This document shows positions 14,564 through 27,531 of a stretch of DNA of 64,000 nt, in pieces. The position numbers and the translations under genes are program-made. The notes under the pieces were generated by a model. The model was given only the letters and a program-made list of their open reading frames with translations. It was not told where the DNA came from and ran no database searches. The DNA comes from Eledone cirrhosa (Eukaryota): NCBI GenBank assembly GCA_964016885.1, contig OZ024747.1, positions 74,710,001 to 74,774,000 on the forward strand. The letters run 5' to 3'. Every line of letters starts with the position of its first letter. The first letter of the stretch is position 1.

Positions 14564-14932
14564 AAAACATTACTTGTTTCATTTGTCATCATTTCCTCTT
14601 CATATATTTCTACCACATTCTACCGGCTTTTTTTTTTATTATCGGTCTTTACTATTCATATATAGAATTAAAAACCAACCTTGTTATTCAAATTCCATCT
14701 TTAATTTCTACATGTTTTTGTTTATATCATGGTTGTACAACATAAAAGTGATCAAAACAGCCTTGTGTTTAAATTAATTACAGTAAAATATGTCATAAAC
14801 AGTATTCCATATCTAAACCAAGTTTAGATATTAGGCCTGAATATAATAGGTTTGATTTGAACAAAGTTTAGTTCCCATATGTACTCATGTTTACCTTACA
14901 CAATACAAACTTCATACATTCAAAACATATAC

Positions 14933-15024
<92 letters not shown>

Positions 15025-15602
15025 CATATCTTCATATGTATGTGTGTTTCTGTGTGTGTACATATGCACACATACATATATATAAAAGATGGGAATCTAT
15101 TACTTGCAGGAAGAATTTACAGTTTCTTTTATAGAATTCTGTTGTAGAGACTCAGACTAGACTTTTCGAGGCAATTCCTGTTTATTGATAGACATCTTGA
15201 ATGAATACATTTGACAGAATCTTCCCAACACTGCCACTAGACATTTTTCTTGTTTCACCATTTTTTTTTATTCTTCTTCTAATCTAATGTCTTAGAATCA
15301 ATATTTTGTTTAATCTTCTCTTCCCCGTTGTAGCTTTCAGGCTCTGTAAATTTCTAATCATTTCTTATAGACTGAATCCAGTCAATTTCAAGAACTTATT
15401 GGGAATATTTTTGCAATATTCAACAGTTGTGATGTTTTGAAATTCTGGACTTAATAGGAAGAGGGTTTCATGTGTGTGTGGCTCTTTTTTCTGAACTTCA
15501 AAGAAGAAGAGGGGGAAAGTTTGTGTGATTGCTTGACCTGAGTCAAGAGGCTCTTACACATGTGACACATCTTTGTGTAATGTATTATTATTTATCTTTG
15601 AG

Positions 15603-15803
15603 ATGGCAGTATGGATAGAGCATCGGATAACATGCTTCACTGCATAGTTTCATTCTGAGTTCAAATCCCACCAAGGTTAGCTTTGCCTTTCATCCTTACT
15701 GGGTCAATAATGTAAATACCATTAATTCACTGGGGTTGATTTAATCGACTTTCCTCACTTCCAAAAACTTTGTTGGCCTTGTTCCTCAATCAGAAACCGT
15801 TAT
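15603..15803 (+). mobile_element. SINE copy (same family)
   Basis: B box plus CTTTGCCTTTCATCCTT core; a more degenerate copy lies at ~16820-17025. Confidence 0.75.
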
Positions 15804-17489
15804 TTTTTTCTTTGAGATTTACTGCCAGGTGCTAGTATCTGCCACAGTTACAAACCAATCACGAAGTGATCTAACTAACCAGAAAGATGACAGGAATGTT
15901 TCTCAGGTGGGATGTCTCCTTCTAGAATGTCAGGAGCTAGGTACACACATTTATATACTTGGATATATATGTATCTGTACCTCTTCAAGTATTTCAAATC
16001 TGATGGAGCGCATCCTCTCTCCAGGCTGTAAGACAGCCAAATTTGTGATAGAGAGGAAGAGAGAAAGATATATAGGGGGAGAATCGACATCTGTTCTGAA
16101 CTGGTACTTTTCTTATTGACTGCAAAAGGATGAAATGCAAATTTAACCTCAGTGTTAGTATAGAGAGCCATAACGAATACTGTAAAGCATTCGATCCAAG
16201 GTTCTAACCCTAACTACTCTAACAATTTGGCACCATACATTTACATACACAGATTTGATAATATTTATAAAAAATATCAGTTCAATATTTAGACTCTGAT
16301 ATTGAACAGCATGAAACTACCCGTGGTTCTTTAACAGAAAGTTATTTTAAGTTGTTTATATTTACCTAAAAACCCTGCACTGTAATTTTATGTAAAAACT
16401 TATATTAAGCTATGCTCCAAACACCAGCTTAATAATTGTTTATACTTTTGGCACAAGGCCAGCATAAAACACTAGCTTAATAATAAAAATGATTATTTTA
16501 CTAAATCCTTCCAAAATCTTGAAAATGTTCATAAATATTTATAAATCACAGGCACTCTGAATTCAAATACCACTAGGGACAACTTTACATTTCATCTTTA
16601 CGTGAGTCAATAAAGTAGTAGTCCGAGGGTAGAAGATTAGCAGAATTGTCAAAAATTTCAACAGATAGTTTTGCCATATCTCTTCCAGCTCTATGCATTC
16701 TGATGAATTCAAATCCTGCCTCTTATCATTAGAAAAGCTGTGACTGGCAGATAGTATTGGCAATGGAGAGCCCAATGGAATCTGATGATCAGTTCTGTTT
16801 TTCTTTTGTTAATGTGGTTTGGTAGAGCATCAAATGAAATGACTAAAAGTTACATTTAGTTATGTCCCATTACATTCTGAATTTGAATTCTGCTGCAGTT
16901 GACTTTGGATTTCATTTTTCCAGAGTTGATAAAATAAAGAATCAGTCAAGTACTGAGGTTGATTTAATCAACTTTTCACTCCCTGCAACTTGTTGGCTTG
17001 ATGCCTGAACTAGGAACCATTATTATTTTTATTATTATTATTTTGTCCTCCCTCAGGATCTTAATTCCTAGTTTAGTCAAGATAGCAGACCACATCCAGT
17101 GGTCTTACATATCATGACGTTGTTTCCTTCTTTTCAGTTATTATTATTTTTATTATCATTATTATTATTACTATTATTATTTGTGTTTTAAAGCATACGG
17201 ACGTCTCTAGAGACAGCTCCAAGAAAATTGGATTATTACTGGAGTTTTACTGGATGAAAATACATTTTTCTTTTTGGGATTATTTTGCAAACAGGGGACA
17301 TCAGAACTATTGGACACCTATCCCAATACCTGGGGTAGATAAAAGGTCTGTCTTTTAGACATTATTTTATTTTGTTATCCAAAAAAGTTTTATTTTTGTT
17401 TGCAATTTATCCAATATGGCTTCCTCTGCTAATTTGTAGTAAGAGCTATTAACATGAAGGTGGTACCACTACTCTCTAAAGGGATAATA

Positions 17490-17820
17490 GTGATGTCATG
17501 ATAAAATACACTCAATACACTCTGTAAAGTGGTAGTGCAGTGCTCCAATAAATGCACTCAGTATACACTGTAAAATGGCCGTAGTGACTCCATGATAAAC
17601 TACACTCAATATACTCTGTAACGTTAGTGCCAGTGCCACAATAAAAGGCATTCAGTATACTCTGTATAGAGGTTGGTATTAGGAAGAGCATCTTGCTATG
17701 GAAACCATGCCAAATATGGAATAAGATGGCCTCTCCCTTAATCTGTCTATTTTTGGACCATGACAACCAGTACCAGTCCAACCCATACCAGTATGAAGAG
17801 TGAACATAAAATGATTGCAA
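17490..17820 (+). mobile_element. Old RTE 3' UTR with ~4 degenerate ~48-bp subunits
   Basis: Repeated CACTCAATACACTCTGTAAA units, then GGTTGGTATTAGGAAGAGCATC and a terminal motif. Confidence 0.6.
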
Positions 17821-19265
17821 TGAATTAGTACTGGATGTATTGTTTTGGAAGTAATTCATGTAACAATTTTTGAATACACAAAAAGGAAATTTAAGAACAG
17901 ATGAATATAATTCAGTAAAAAGATGGGATGGTCAGGGTTAGAATGTCTGTGATATCAGGTCTCCTTGATGAATCTTTTCTAACATAATGTCAAACAATCA
18001 ACAAACTTCATATCAATAGAGCTGTTGGCATCTGGGAATTAGTTTTCTCTTCAGCATCATAAAAGCCCATGACTTGGAGATATATTTTTTTTAAAAGAAG
18101 CTGGAAATACTTGTGAGTAAAGACATATATATATCAGGGTTTTACCAGTTTTAAACTAGTAAGACCATTATTTAGCAGATTACTCAATACCTGGGATAGT
18201 AGAATGTAAATATCTGGAATTTGCTGTCAAAATGTCTAGAGCTCAGCTATTGGACCCAAACTCTCTAATATATATATATTCCTTATTTTGAGGTTACTAT
18301 ACCCATATATTCAGAACCCAATATATATATATATATGTATAATGGAAGGAATGATACTTTAAAGATAAAAATATGTTGCTGACGCATGAAACTAAATATA
18401 AAAACAAAATTCGATATGATTCTACATTATAGATTCCTGCCTATGTTATATCTAAATATTACATTTTAGTATGGTAAGTTCTTATTTATGATAAAGATAA
18501 GCAGACAGATCCATTTTATTACTACTGAAAGATTCGAGATAGTGAATCAATAGAAATATTTTATCTTCACTCTGATCAACACAAACACACTAATGTCAAC
18601 TTTAATAGATATTCTTGTATAGATGAATCACTTAAAGTTGTAGACAGAACTTTTTATAAATGTTTCTGTTGCAGTGCTGATAAAAACACCCTTTGAGTCA
18701 ATGAAGGATCGAGCTTCTATGTGGTCACTTAACTTGCTAGATATAGCAGTCAAATATCCTTCGAACCCTTCCCTATCATCCTAAATAAAATGAAGGAAAG
18801 ACACATTGACTAATGTAATAATAGCCAAATTTCCTTCAAATCACACCTTTTAAAAAAGAGAGGTTTATAACATAATACCAGACATATATAAAGAGGCAAA
18901 GGTTATGGCTGGTGCAGTTTTAATCATAAATCTTCTTAACAAGAAAACAATAATATTACATATATGCAGTGACTCTACTTGCTGGAAATAGCAGACAAAT
19001 TTCCCTCAAATCATATCTTACTTTTTTAAAAGAGAAAGGCATATTGGACAATGTAAACATATATATATATATATATATAAAGAGGAGACGGTCATGGGTA
19101 GAAGACTTTAGATCATATGTCTGTTCAGTCAGGAATGAATTGGAGTTTAACAACAATAATTCCATCTCCTTATCTAATTCAGATCGTAACATTTATATAA
19201 ATAGAGCACATTTCTTTAGACACTCCTCCTCACTCTGCCCCCCCCCCCCTCTCTCTCTCTTTCTC

Positions 19266-19330
<65 letters not shown>

Positions 19331-20139
19331 CACACACACAATTTACTGTGTAAAATAAATATATTTGTTCTCCATAGCATACCAAACAGAACTGTGTCCA
19401 ATGAATTCTATAATTCCAAATAAAAGAAACTAAATTATTGCAATTCGCAAAGGATTCCAATTCATCTAAATCTAAAAATATATTTCTCAATATTAAGAAA
19501 ATAAATTATTCCAGAAGATTCAATTCAAAACTTAAATGTTTCTCTAATAGTTTTTTTTTACACCCATTGAATCAAATTCAATTTTTAAATAATTTCAAAA
19601 TAATAAAATTCAAAATGGAAGCCACCAGAAAAATCTTCAAATTAAGGTGGATAAAGATAGAAACAAAAATATTATCAACAGAATCTTTGTATGTTCTATA
19701 TCTCTTAGATTATATTTAGAATAGGAATCCATTTGTTCAAAAACCTCTGTCCTGTAAAGACTCTCCACAAGGATCAAATTGAACATGCTACATTAATATT
19801 GATTTCTATATTTTTCCGAGAAAGTTATAGTCAATTAGATTTTTTGTTACTATATTTCTAACGAAAGACACTAACCATGGTTTTTTTTTAAATTTGAAAA
19901 TAATCATGAATTTGGTGGGATTTAGTAATATAACTAATTTTCAAGCTATTATGTTGGTGTTTAGAACATAACTTAATAAAGGATTTAACATAAAATTATG
20001 ATGGAAGGTTTTTAGATAAATAGAAAAAAAAACATTTTAAAACAAGCAGCTTTGTATTACTGGAATAATCTATTAAATCATTTGATGGGATGCCATGTTG
20101 TATCTGTTCCAGCTATGTTCCAAGTTCAAATCCAGCCTC

Positions 20140-20485
20140 CTGGTTTTAAGTTCAATCTCGTTGCATGTCTTGGGCAAGTGTCATCTACTATAGCCTTGAG
20201 TTGTCAATGAAATTTTGTAGATGGGAACTATATGGAAGCCTGACATGTATATGTATATATTAGATGTTAAATAGTGATGATTATGCTGATGTGTTTGTTT
20301 CCCCATTTCAATGTCTGTGATTATGCTGGTGTTTGTTTGTGTTGTAACTTAATGTTTCAACAAATAAAGATTGATGAAATAAATACAAGACTTGTAAAAA
20401 CAAGTACTGGGGTTAATATGATAAACTAAATTCCTTCAAGGTCGTGCTCCAGAATAGCTGCAATCTGACTGAAACCAATAAAATA
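20140..20485 (+). mobile_element. Old SINE of a third family
   Basis: GTTCAATC..GGGCAAGTGTCATCTACTATAGCC..GTAACTTA..GGTCGTGCTCCAG..GACTGAAAC; related pieces at ~7435-7605, 33075-33160(-), 46020-46110, 51730-51855. Confidence 0.6.
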
Positions 20486-21073
20486 ATCATAGAATTCAAT
20501 TCTATAAGCAGAGACAGAAAGGATTATATGCAGATTAATATATTATTGTTGTTTTGTTTGTTTGTTTAGATAAATCAGTGAGAGAAGAAAGCAGTACTGT
20601 TAACTTATTCAGGCCTCACAAATTGTTGATATAGTTCCATGACAGCAGAAAGAATATGATCAGACAGAGGGCTGGGGTTCTAGTCTGCTAGAACAGCACT
20701 TTATGATTGATTGAAGCATTTAATTCAAATTTAATAGAACTAACAACAGCTAACAGGAAGGAAATCTCTGATTTCTCTGACCCAACCTTCATTTGCACCC
20801 CACCCCTATTGATAATGGATGGTAAATCTGAAAAATTTTGGGAATAATAAATTACTGTGGTAACTTACAGTAATTCCTTTTCTTTTCTTTTTATCTTTCT
20901 CCCTCTTTTTGCTTTCTACAGCATCTCTCTTCATTCCCTTCTGACTTGTTACCGTAGTAATTCTAATCTACTTGCATTGTACAGCTTTCTACACACACAC
21001 ATACCCACTTCTCAGTTTCATATTCCATAATGCTTCAAGCAAACTATTGCATCTTATAATCTTTTATACCTTT

Positions 21074-21278
21074 TATCATCATTATCATCATCATCATCAT
21101 CATCATCATTATCATTATCATCATCATCATCATTATCATCATCATCATTATCATCATCATCATCATCATCATCATTATCATTATCATCATCATCATCATC
21201 ATTATCATCATCATCATTATCATCATCATCATTATCATCATCATCATTATCATCATCCTCATTGTCATCATCATCATT
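21074..21278. repeat. (CAT)n/(TAT) microsatellite
   Basis: Directly visible; source of the poly-His/poly-Met ORFs. Confidence 0.97.
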
Positions 21279-21774
21279 TTTATGCCCACATATCCATGCT
21301 GGGCTTGATTGGTTGAAACCTTTGAAATATAATTATTCCATGGCTGAATAATCTCCCCTGTTAATCACCTCTTGCAATACACAAGTATATGTGGTACCTA
21401 TTCTAAAATCTTGACTACACACTGAACATATGCTGAAACCACTTGACATTGCGGTCAGGTTTTTACTTCTACACACAGAATATAGAGATGTCAGTGTACC
21501 AAATATGGTATGAAGCTTGGATATACACCACAAGTTCTTGGCAAAGCAACATGGTTTTGTTGAAGTTAGTGCAGTTTCTGCATCATTGTTTAACTTTACA
21601 TAAATTTTGTCATTTTTCCAAGAGATCATTGTTTAAAGGTAGACAGAAACGTTCTTCTCAGCTTACAAAATGGCTAAGGCTAATTTATATATCAGTTTCA
21701 CTGTTACAATAGCTTAAAATGATTGTTAAACAAGTATAGCATGAGCACTAAAAAAAACGTCTACCAAGTATATT

Positions 21775-22340
21775 ATCATCATCTTCATCATCACACCATC
21801 ATCATCTTCATCATCATCATCATCTTCATCATCATCATCATCATCATCTTCATCTTGTTCATCATCATCATCAACACCATCGTTTAATGTTCATTTTTTT
21901 CTGCTAACATAAGTTAAACAAGTTGTCCTAACATTATGAGACAAGTCAGATCAGATAACCATGTCTTGCTTGCTCATATAGAACTAGTGCTGGCTTGGTT
22001 TCTATGGCTGGATGCCCTTCCTAACGATAACTATATTTACAACATGGACTGTGTGCTTTTTATTGTGGCACCAAAATGAGCAACTGACAAGCTGAACTGG
22101 GTACTATGTGTCGTGTCACCATCACAACCACTTTACATTGTGGACTGGGGGCTTTTTATCATGGCACCAAAGCGACTGCTTTACAAGGTGGACTGGGTGC
22201 TTTTTATTGTGGCACCAACATAACCACTTTACTATGTGGACTGGGCACTTTATTATGGCACCAAAATGACAGCTTTACAGAGGGGACTGAGTATGTTTTA
22301 TCGTGTCATCAATTGCAAGATGAACTGGGCACTTTTTGTC
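21775..22340 (-). mobile_element. Old RTE 3' UTR with long (GAT)n tail and ~6 degenerate ~48-bp subunits
   Basis: GGCTGGATGCCCTTCCTAAC at ~22006, repeated TTTACA..GTGGACTGGG..CTTTT..GTGGCACC units 22030-22340. Confidence 0.7.
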
Positions 22341-23140
22341 TATACATTTAATGAATTTACACTATTCATTAACTCTATTAATGGTTTCAACTAGTGGGCT
22401 GTGGCCATGCTGGGGTACTGCCTTTGAATTTCAAAGCCTTAATACTCTGAATGATGTAGTTTTGTATTTTTGTAAATGTTTTAAAACTTTGATATAATGA
22501 ACCGATCAATGTTTTGAAAATATTTATTTGAATAGCCAGACTTATCAATTAATGGAACACCATTTCCATAACATAAAATTGTTTTTAGCAATCCATCCTA
22601 AATTTCTCTTTGTGTGCGTAATGTAAATACTATGATAGCCATCTGTGATCAATAAAATCTCCTCCACTCAAAACACACATAGTCTGCCTGATTGGATTAC
22701 ATGATCAAATCTATAGTGATCATAACACCAACAAATATTCAATATCACCAATGACTCATACACTACTTCTGTTAGTTTCTTCCACTGATTCTCCTCCTCA
22801 ACATTTCTTTCTTTATAGCTTTAGTTTGATGATATTGGATCCATTATTTCCTTATTCATGTGTGTTAGCTGGTAAACATTATATCAATCCACACATTAAT
22901 CTTCTCAGCTGTCAAACAGTGTACATGTTAATTAGATGCTCAACCTGGCAGAGTAAATCCTGCCAAAATAGGAAAGGTTAATAACAAAAACAATCATCAT
23001 CATCATATTTATGACCATTTGTTTTTGTTTATATATATATATATCTAATAATATATTTTTCATTGAACTGTGTCATTTGCTTAGTTACTTCTGTTTACCT
23101 TTTGCATATGTTTATATATATGCATTTTGCATATATATAT

Positions 23141-23293
23141 ATCATCATCATCATCATTTTACGTCCGCTTTTCCCTGCTTGCAAGGGTGGGATGGGTCTT
23201 ATTCAGCACAGCATCTCGCCACTCGTCACGGTCCTTCGTCATCTCCACCGTGAGCTTCAATGATCTGAGGTCTGTTCTCACCACCTCCACCCA
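23141..23293 (-). mobile_element. 3' end of a second RTE family (short 3' UTR)
   Basis: WVEVVRTDLRSLKLTVEMTKDRDEWRDAV then GGACGTAAAAT(GAT)n; (TA)n flanks. Confidence 0.8.
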
Positions 23294-23312
23294 TATATAA
23301 ATATATATATAT

Positions 23313-23521
23313 AACGAAGGAATTGTGGTAAGGAACCAGATGGACCATAACGCACCAGAGTGCTCAATACTTAGGGTAGTAGAGTGGGTAATAGGAAAAT
23401 GTATGACCCCGACGGCAGAGCTCAAGCCGTTTCGACGACTATTTCTGGACGAGAAATAGCCGTCCAGAAATAGCAGTCGAAACGGCTTGAGCTCTGCTGT
23501 TGGGATCATACATTTTCCTAT
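23313..23521 (-). mobile_element. Short hairpin element, copy B
   Basis: Homologous to 13521-13714; ~60-bp-arm hairpin 23391-23521; (TA)n flanks. Confidence 0.7.
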
Positions 23522-23536
23522 ATATATATTTATATA

Positions 23537-23916
23537 TACAATATATTAATAGATGGAAACTATATTTATAAAACCATAGGTAAAGGTATGTCTTTTAGAG
23601 AAGAAGAGATGCTAAAGAACTCCATTTTTAATCAGTTATAATTTAAAGCGCTCAACAATAAAGGAGCTAAATATATGCAGAGGTTATATTTAATTTGTTG
23701 GGATTCAACAAGCTTAAACATTTTTATAACTGATATAAAGCACTCAACAAATTAGTGGAGTAAATACACAATATATTAATAAATGGAAACTATATTTATA
23801 AAACCATAGGTAAAGGTATGTCTTTTAGAGAAGAGATCCTAAAGAATTCCATTTTCCATCAGTTATAAACATTTTTAAGCTTGTTGAATCCCAACAAATT
23901 AAATATAACCTCTGCG
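23537..23916. mobile_element. Rearranged PLE 3'-end derivative with direct and inverted repeats
   Basis: 23677-23800 resembles 26398-26526; 23538-23640 repeated at 23769-23868; 23677-23735 inverted at 23858-23915. Confidence 0.65.
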
Positions 23917-23969
23917 TATATATATATATATATTTGTATCATATATCGAGTTGTATGTATGTATGTATG

Positions 23970-24597
23970 TCAGGTCACCAGTTGGTGCTACTGGTAACAT
24001 GTATCCCAGTACAACCTATCCCATGGTCGGGTCATTGGCGACTAAACTGGCAACCCCACCAAGGTTTCTTGGAGGGGAGGGTGACTTTGGACATCCTGCA
24101 GGACTAAAAACAAAACCTGTCAAAGGGCAAAGGAGCTCTCAAGAGTCAATGGCCATCCAAAATCACCGGGAGAGATGACCCCTTAGCCTTTGTCAAGGCA
24201 GAATTCTAGGAGAAGGAAAACTCTGATATAACCCCTGCAACCCTGATGGTATCCAATGATGTTGACTTGTTCTTCTTTTTGGTAAATATCATCTTGGTTA
24301 AGAGAGTGGGACTGGCTTTGTGCAGGGCCTTTGCTCACTATAAAAGCTTCACGGCACAGGCATTGCTTTATATCTGGAGATCTCTCTGCACCTGGAGATC
24401 TCTCTGCACTTGTCATCACATGGTACCATGGGCCCAGCACTATGTGTCAATAATTGTCACATGTGTAGTGTTTGTACCAGAGTTTTCAAGTCGCTGGCTG
24501 GACTAAAAAGTCACACTTGTTCAGCGCATTGGTAGGGGTTCTCTTACATGGATATAAAGTAGTGGCTTTCCTCGAAAAACGAGTTGGCAGCCACCAT
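23970..24597 (+). mobile_element. Non-autonomous RTE derivative (5' UTR fused to 3' end with C2H2 finger remnant), copy 1
   Basis: Inverted homolog at 29341-29948; 24464-24529 translates [22 protein letters not shown], like RTE/BovB-type C-terminal fingers; 18-bp tandem duplication 24374-24409. Confidence 0.7.
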
Positions 24598-24670
24598 GTA
24601 TGTATATATGTATGTATATATGTATGTATGTATATATGTATGTATATATATATGCATATATATGTATATA

Positions 24671-25061
24671 TATCATCATCATCATCATCATCACAGTTTT
24701 ACATCCGTTCTTCCACGCTAACATGGGTTAGACGGGTTGTCCTGTTGTGGGCAGTGTCTGGTCGGCTGACCATGCCTTGCTCATACAGGAACTGATTTGG
24801 CTTGATTTCTACAGCTGGATGCCCTTCCTAACACCAACCTCATTTACAGTGAGTGCTGGGTGCTTCTTCGTGGCGCCTACACATCCACTTTACAGTGTGG
24901 GCTGGGTGCTTTTTTGCCGTGGCACCTCCACAACCACCTTGCGGTGAGTGTGGGGGCATATTGTCTATATGCTTTAGCTTGTACCCATGGGAGGTCGGAT
25001 ACTCTGTATTACTGCGTGACGCCAGAGGTCACGGTCGTGTGTCATTGCCTTTGAGAGGCAC

Positions 25062-25062
<1 letters not shown>
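24671..25062 (-). mobile_element. 3' end of a further RTE subfamily
   Basis: [17 protein letters not shown], 3' UTR with AGGAAGGGCATCCAGCTGTAGAAA, (GAT)n tail. Confidence 0.85.
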
Positions 25063-25103
<41 letters not shown>

Positions 25104-25190
25104 ATATATGTATATATATATGTATGTATATATATGTATATATATATATATGTATATATATGTATATATATATATATATATGTATGTATA

Positions 25191-25263
<73 letters not shown>

Positions 25264-25291
25264 GTATGTATATATATGTATATATATGTAT

Positions 25292-25325
<34 letters not shown>

Positions 25326-25383
25326 GTATATGTATGTATGTATATATATATATATATGTAGGTATATATATGTATGTATATAT
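25062..25383. repeat. (TA)n/(TATG)n microsatellite
   Basis: Directly visible. Confidence 0.97.
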
Positions 25384-25711
25384 GGAGGCACATGGCTTAG
25401 TGGTTAGAGCATTGGCCTTGCAATCGAAAGGTTGTGAGTTCAATTCTCAGACTGGGTGATGTGTTGTTTCCTTCAGCAAGACACTTTATTTCACATTGCT
25501 CCAGTTTACTCAGCTGTAGAAATGAGATGATAGGGACTGGGGTCCATATCATTCCACTGCAAAGTGGTCGTGGAGGTGCCACAGTAAAAAAGCACCCAGC
25601 ACTCACTGTAAATGAGGTTGGTGTTAGGAAGGGCATCCAGCTGTAGAAATCAAGCCAGAATCAGTTCCCGTCCCACCCTTGCAAGCAGGGAAAAAGTGGA
25701 CGTAAAATGAA
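25384..25711 (+). mobile_element. Full-length tRNA-derived SINE with RTE-derived tail
   Basis: A box TGGCTTAGTGG, B box GAGTTCAATTC, central domain, tail nearly identical to the RTE 3' UTR at 24798-24866. Confidence 0.85.
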
Positions 25712-25732
25712 ATGAAAAATGAATGAAAATGA

Positions 25733-26397
<665 letters not shown>

Positions 26398-26530
26398 CAT
26401 GGAAAGTTATATTTAAAATTGTTGGGTTACAACTAGTAAATATTTATAACTGATATAAAAGCACTCGACAAATATTTGGAGTATATTTACAATATTAAAT
26501 AAATGGAAACTATATTTATAAAACCATATT

Positions 26531-26596
26531 TATTTCATTATATATATTTCGGGGATATCATATTAACAATATGCTATGCCTTCCTCAGACAAAATA
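26531..26596 (-). ncRNA. Type I hammerhead ribozyme in inverted pLTR
   Basis: Reverse complement of 28926-28991. Confidence 0.8.
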
Positions 26597-26901
26597 CAAT
26601 ATAAACAGTTTTATAGATAAATAGATTCGACATACCGTAACAACACAGACTTGCATTTGGAGAGGTTGAGCTGGCAGTGAAAAAATTTTACACAGAGAGA
26701 AAGAAAGAGAGAAAAAAAAGACAGAAAAAAGAAAGAAAGACAGAAAACGAAGAAAAGGAAGAAAAAGAAGAAATGCATGGAACAAAGTAGAGAGATGGAG
26801 AGATAGACAAAGAGAAGAACTTCATGTAAAGAAACAGAAAGAGATATATATATATAGAGAGAGAGAGGAAATAGAGATAGATACATATATATATAGAAAA
26901 T

Positions 26902-27531
26902 TCACTAAACATTAAAACCCACATCGCTAAACTATTTTTCAAAGCTCTTGATAATCGCTTCCCTAGAACACATAGATATCACTCAATTTTCAATAGGCAT
27001 ACAATTAAATTAACCTACTCATCCACCAAAAATTTAGCACAAAATATTAATAGAATAAATAATAGGAACTTAAAACCTAGTGATAATAGCATAAATAATA
27101 TACAAGTTAACAAATGTAACTGTAGAGATAGATCTAAATGTCCGTTAAATAACAACTGCTTAGTTAAAAATATAGTATACAATTGTAATGTTAATACTGA
27201 CTCTAATTCTTTTAACTACGTCGGTTCCACATCGACGGAATTTAAACTTCGCTATAATAACCACAAGAATTCTTTCACAGATCCAAGCAAAAAATCTTCA
27301 ACGGCACTATCAGGCGTACTCTGGTAACTTAAGTTAGATAACGTTAGATATTCGACGGCTTGGAATATAGTCTCAAAAGGGATTCCTTTTAATTCATCCT
27401 CTGAGACATGTGACCTCTGCGTAGAGGAGATATTCTTTATACTAAAATCTAAAAATTCCCTTAATCTACGGACAAATTTATTCAGTTGTTGCAAACATAG
27501 ATTTAAATATAAATTTAAATTTAAAATGTAG
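26902..27531 (+). pseudogene. PLE ORF C-terminus: RT-thumb/linker + GIY-YIG endonuclease, one in-frame TAA
   Basis: Hand translation: SLNIKTHIAKLFFKALDNRFP..IFNRHTIKLTYS..CNCRDRSKCPLNNNCLVKNIVYNC..YVGSTSTEFKLRYNNHKNSF..TALSGVLW*LK..WNIVSK..CDLCVEE..LNLRTNLFSCCKHR; TAA at 27325-27327, stop TAG 27529-27531; absent from the ORF track. Confidence 0.9.

Noticed and set aside
20972-21316. Poly-His ORF
   Set aside because: (CAT)n microsatellite
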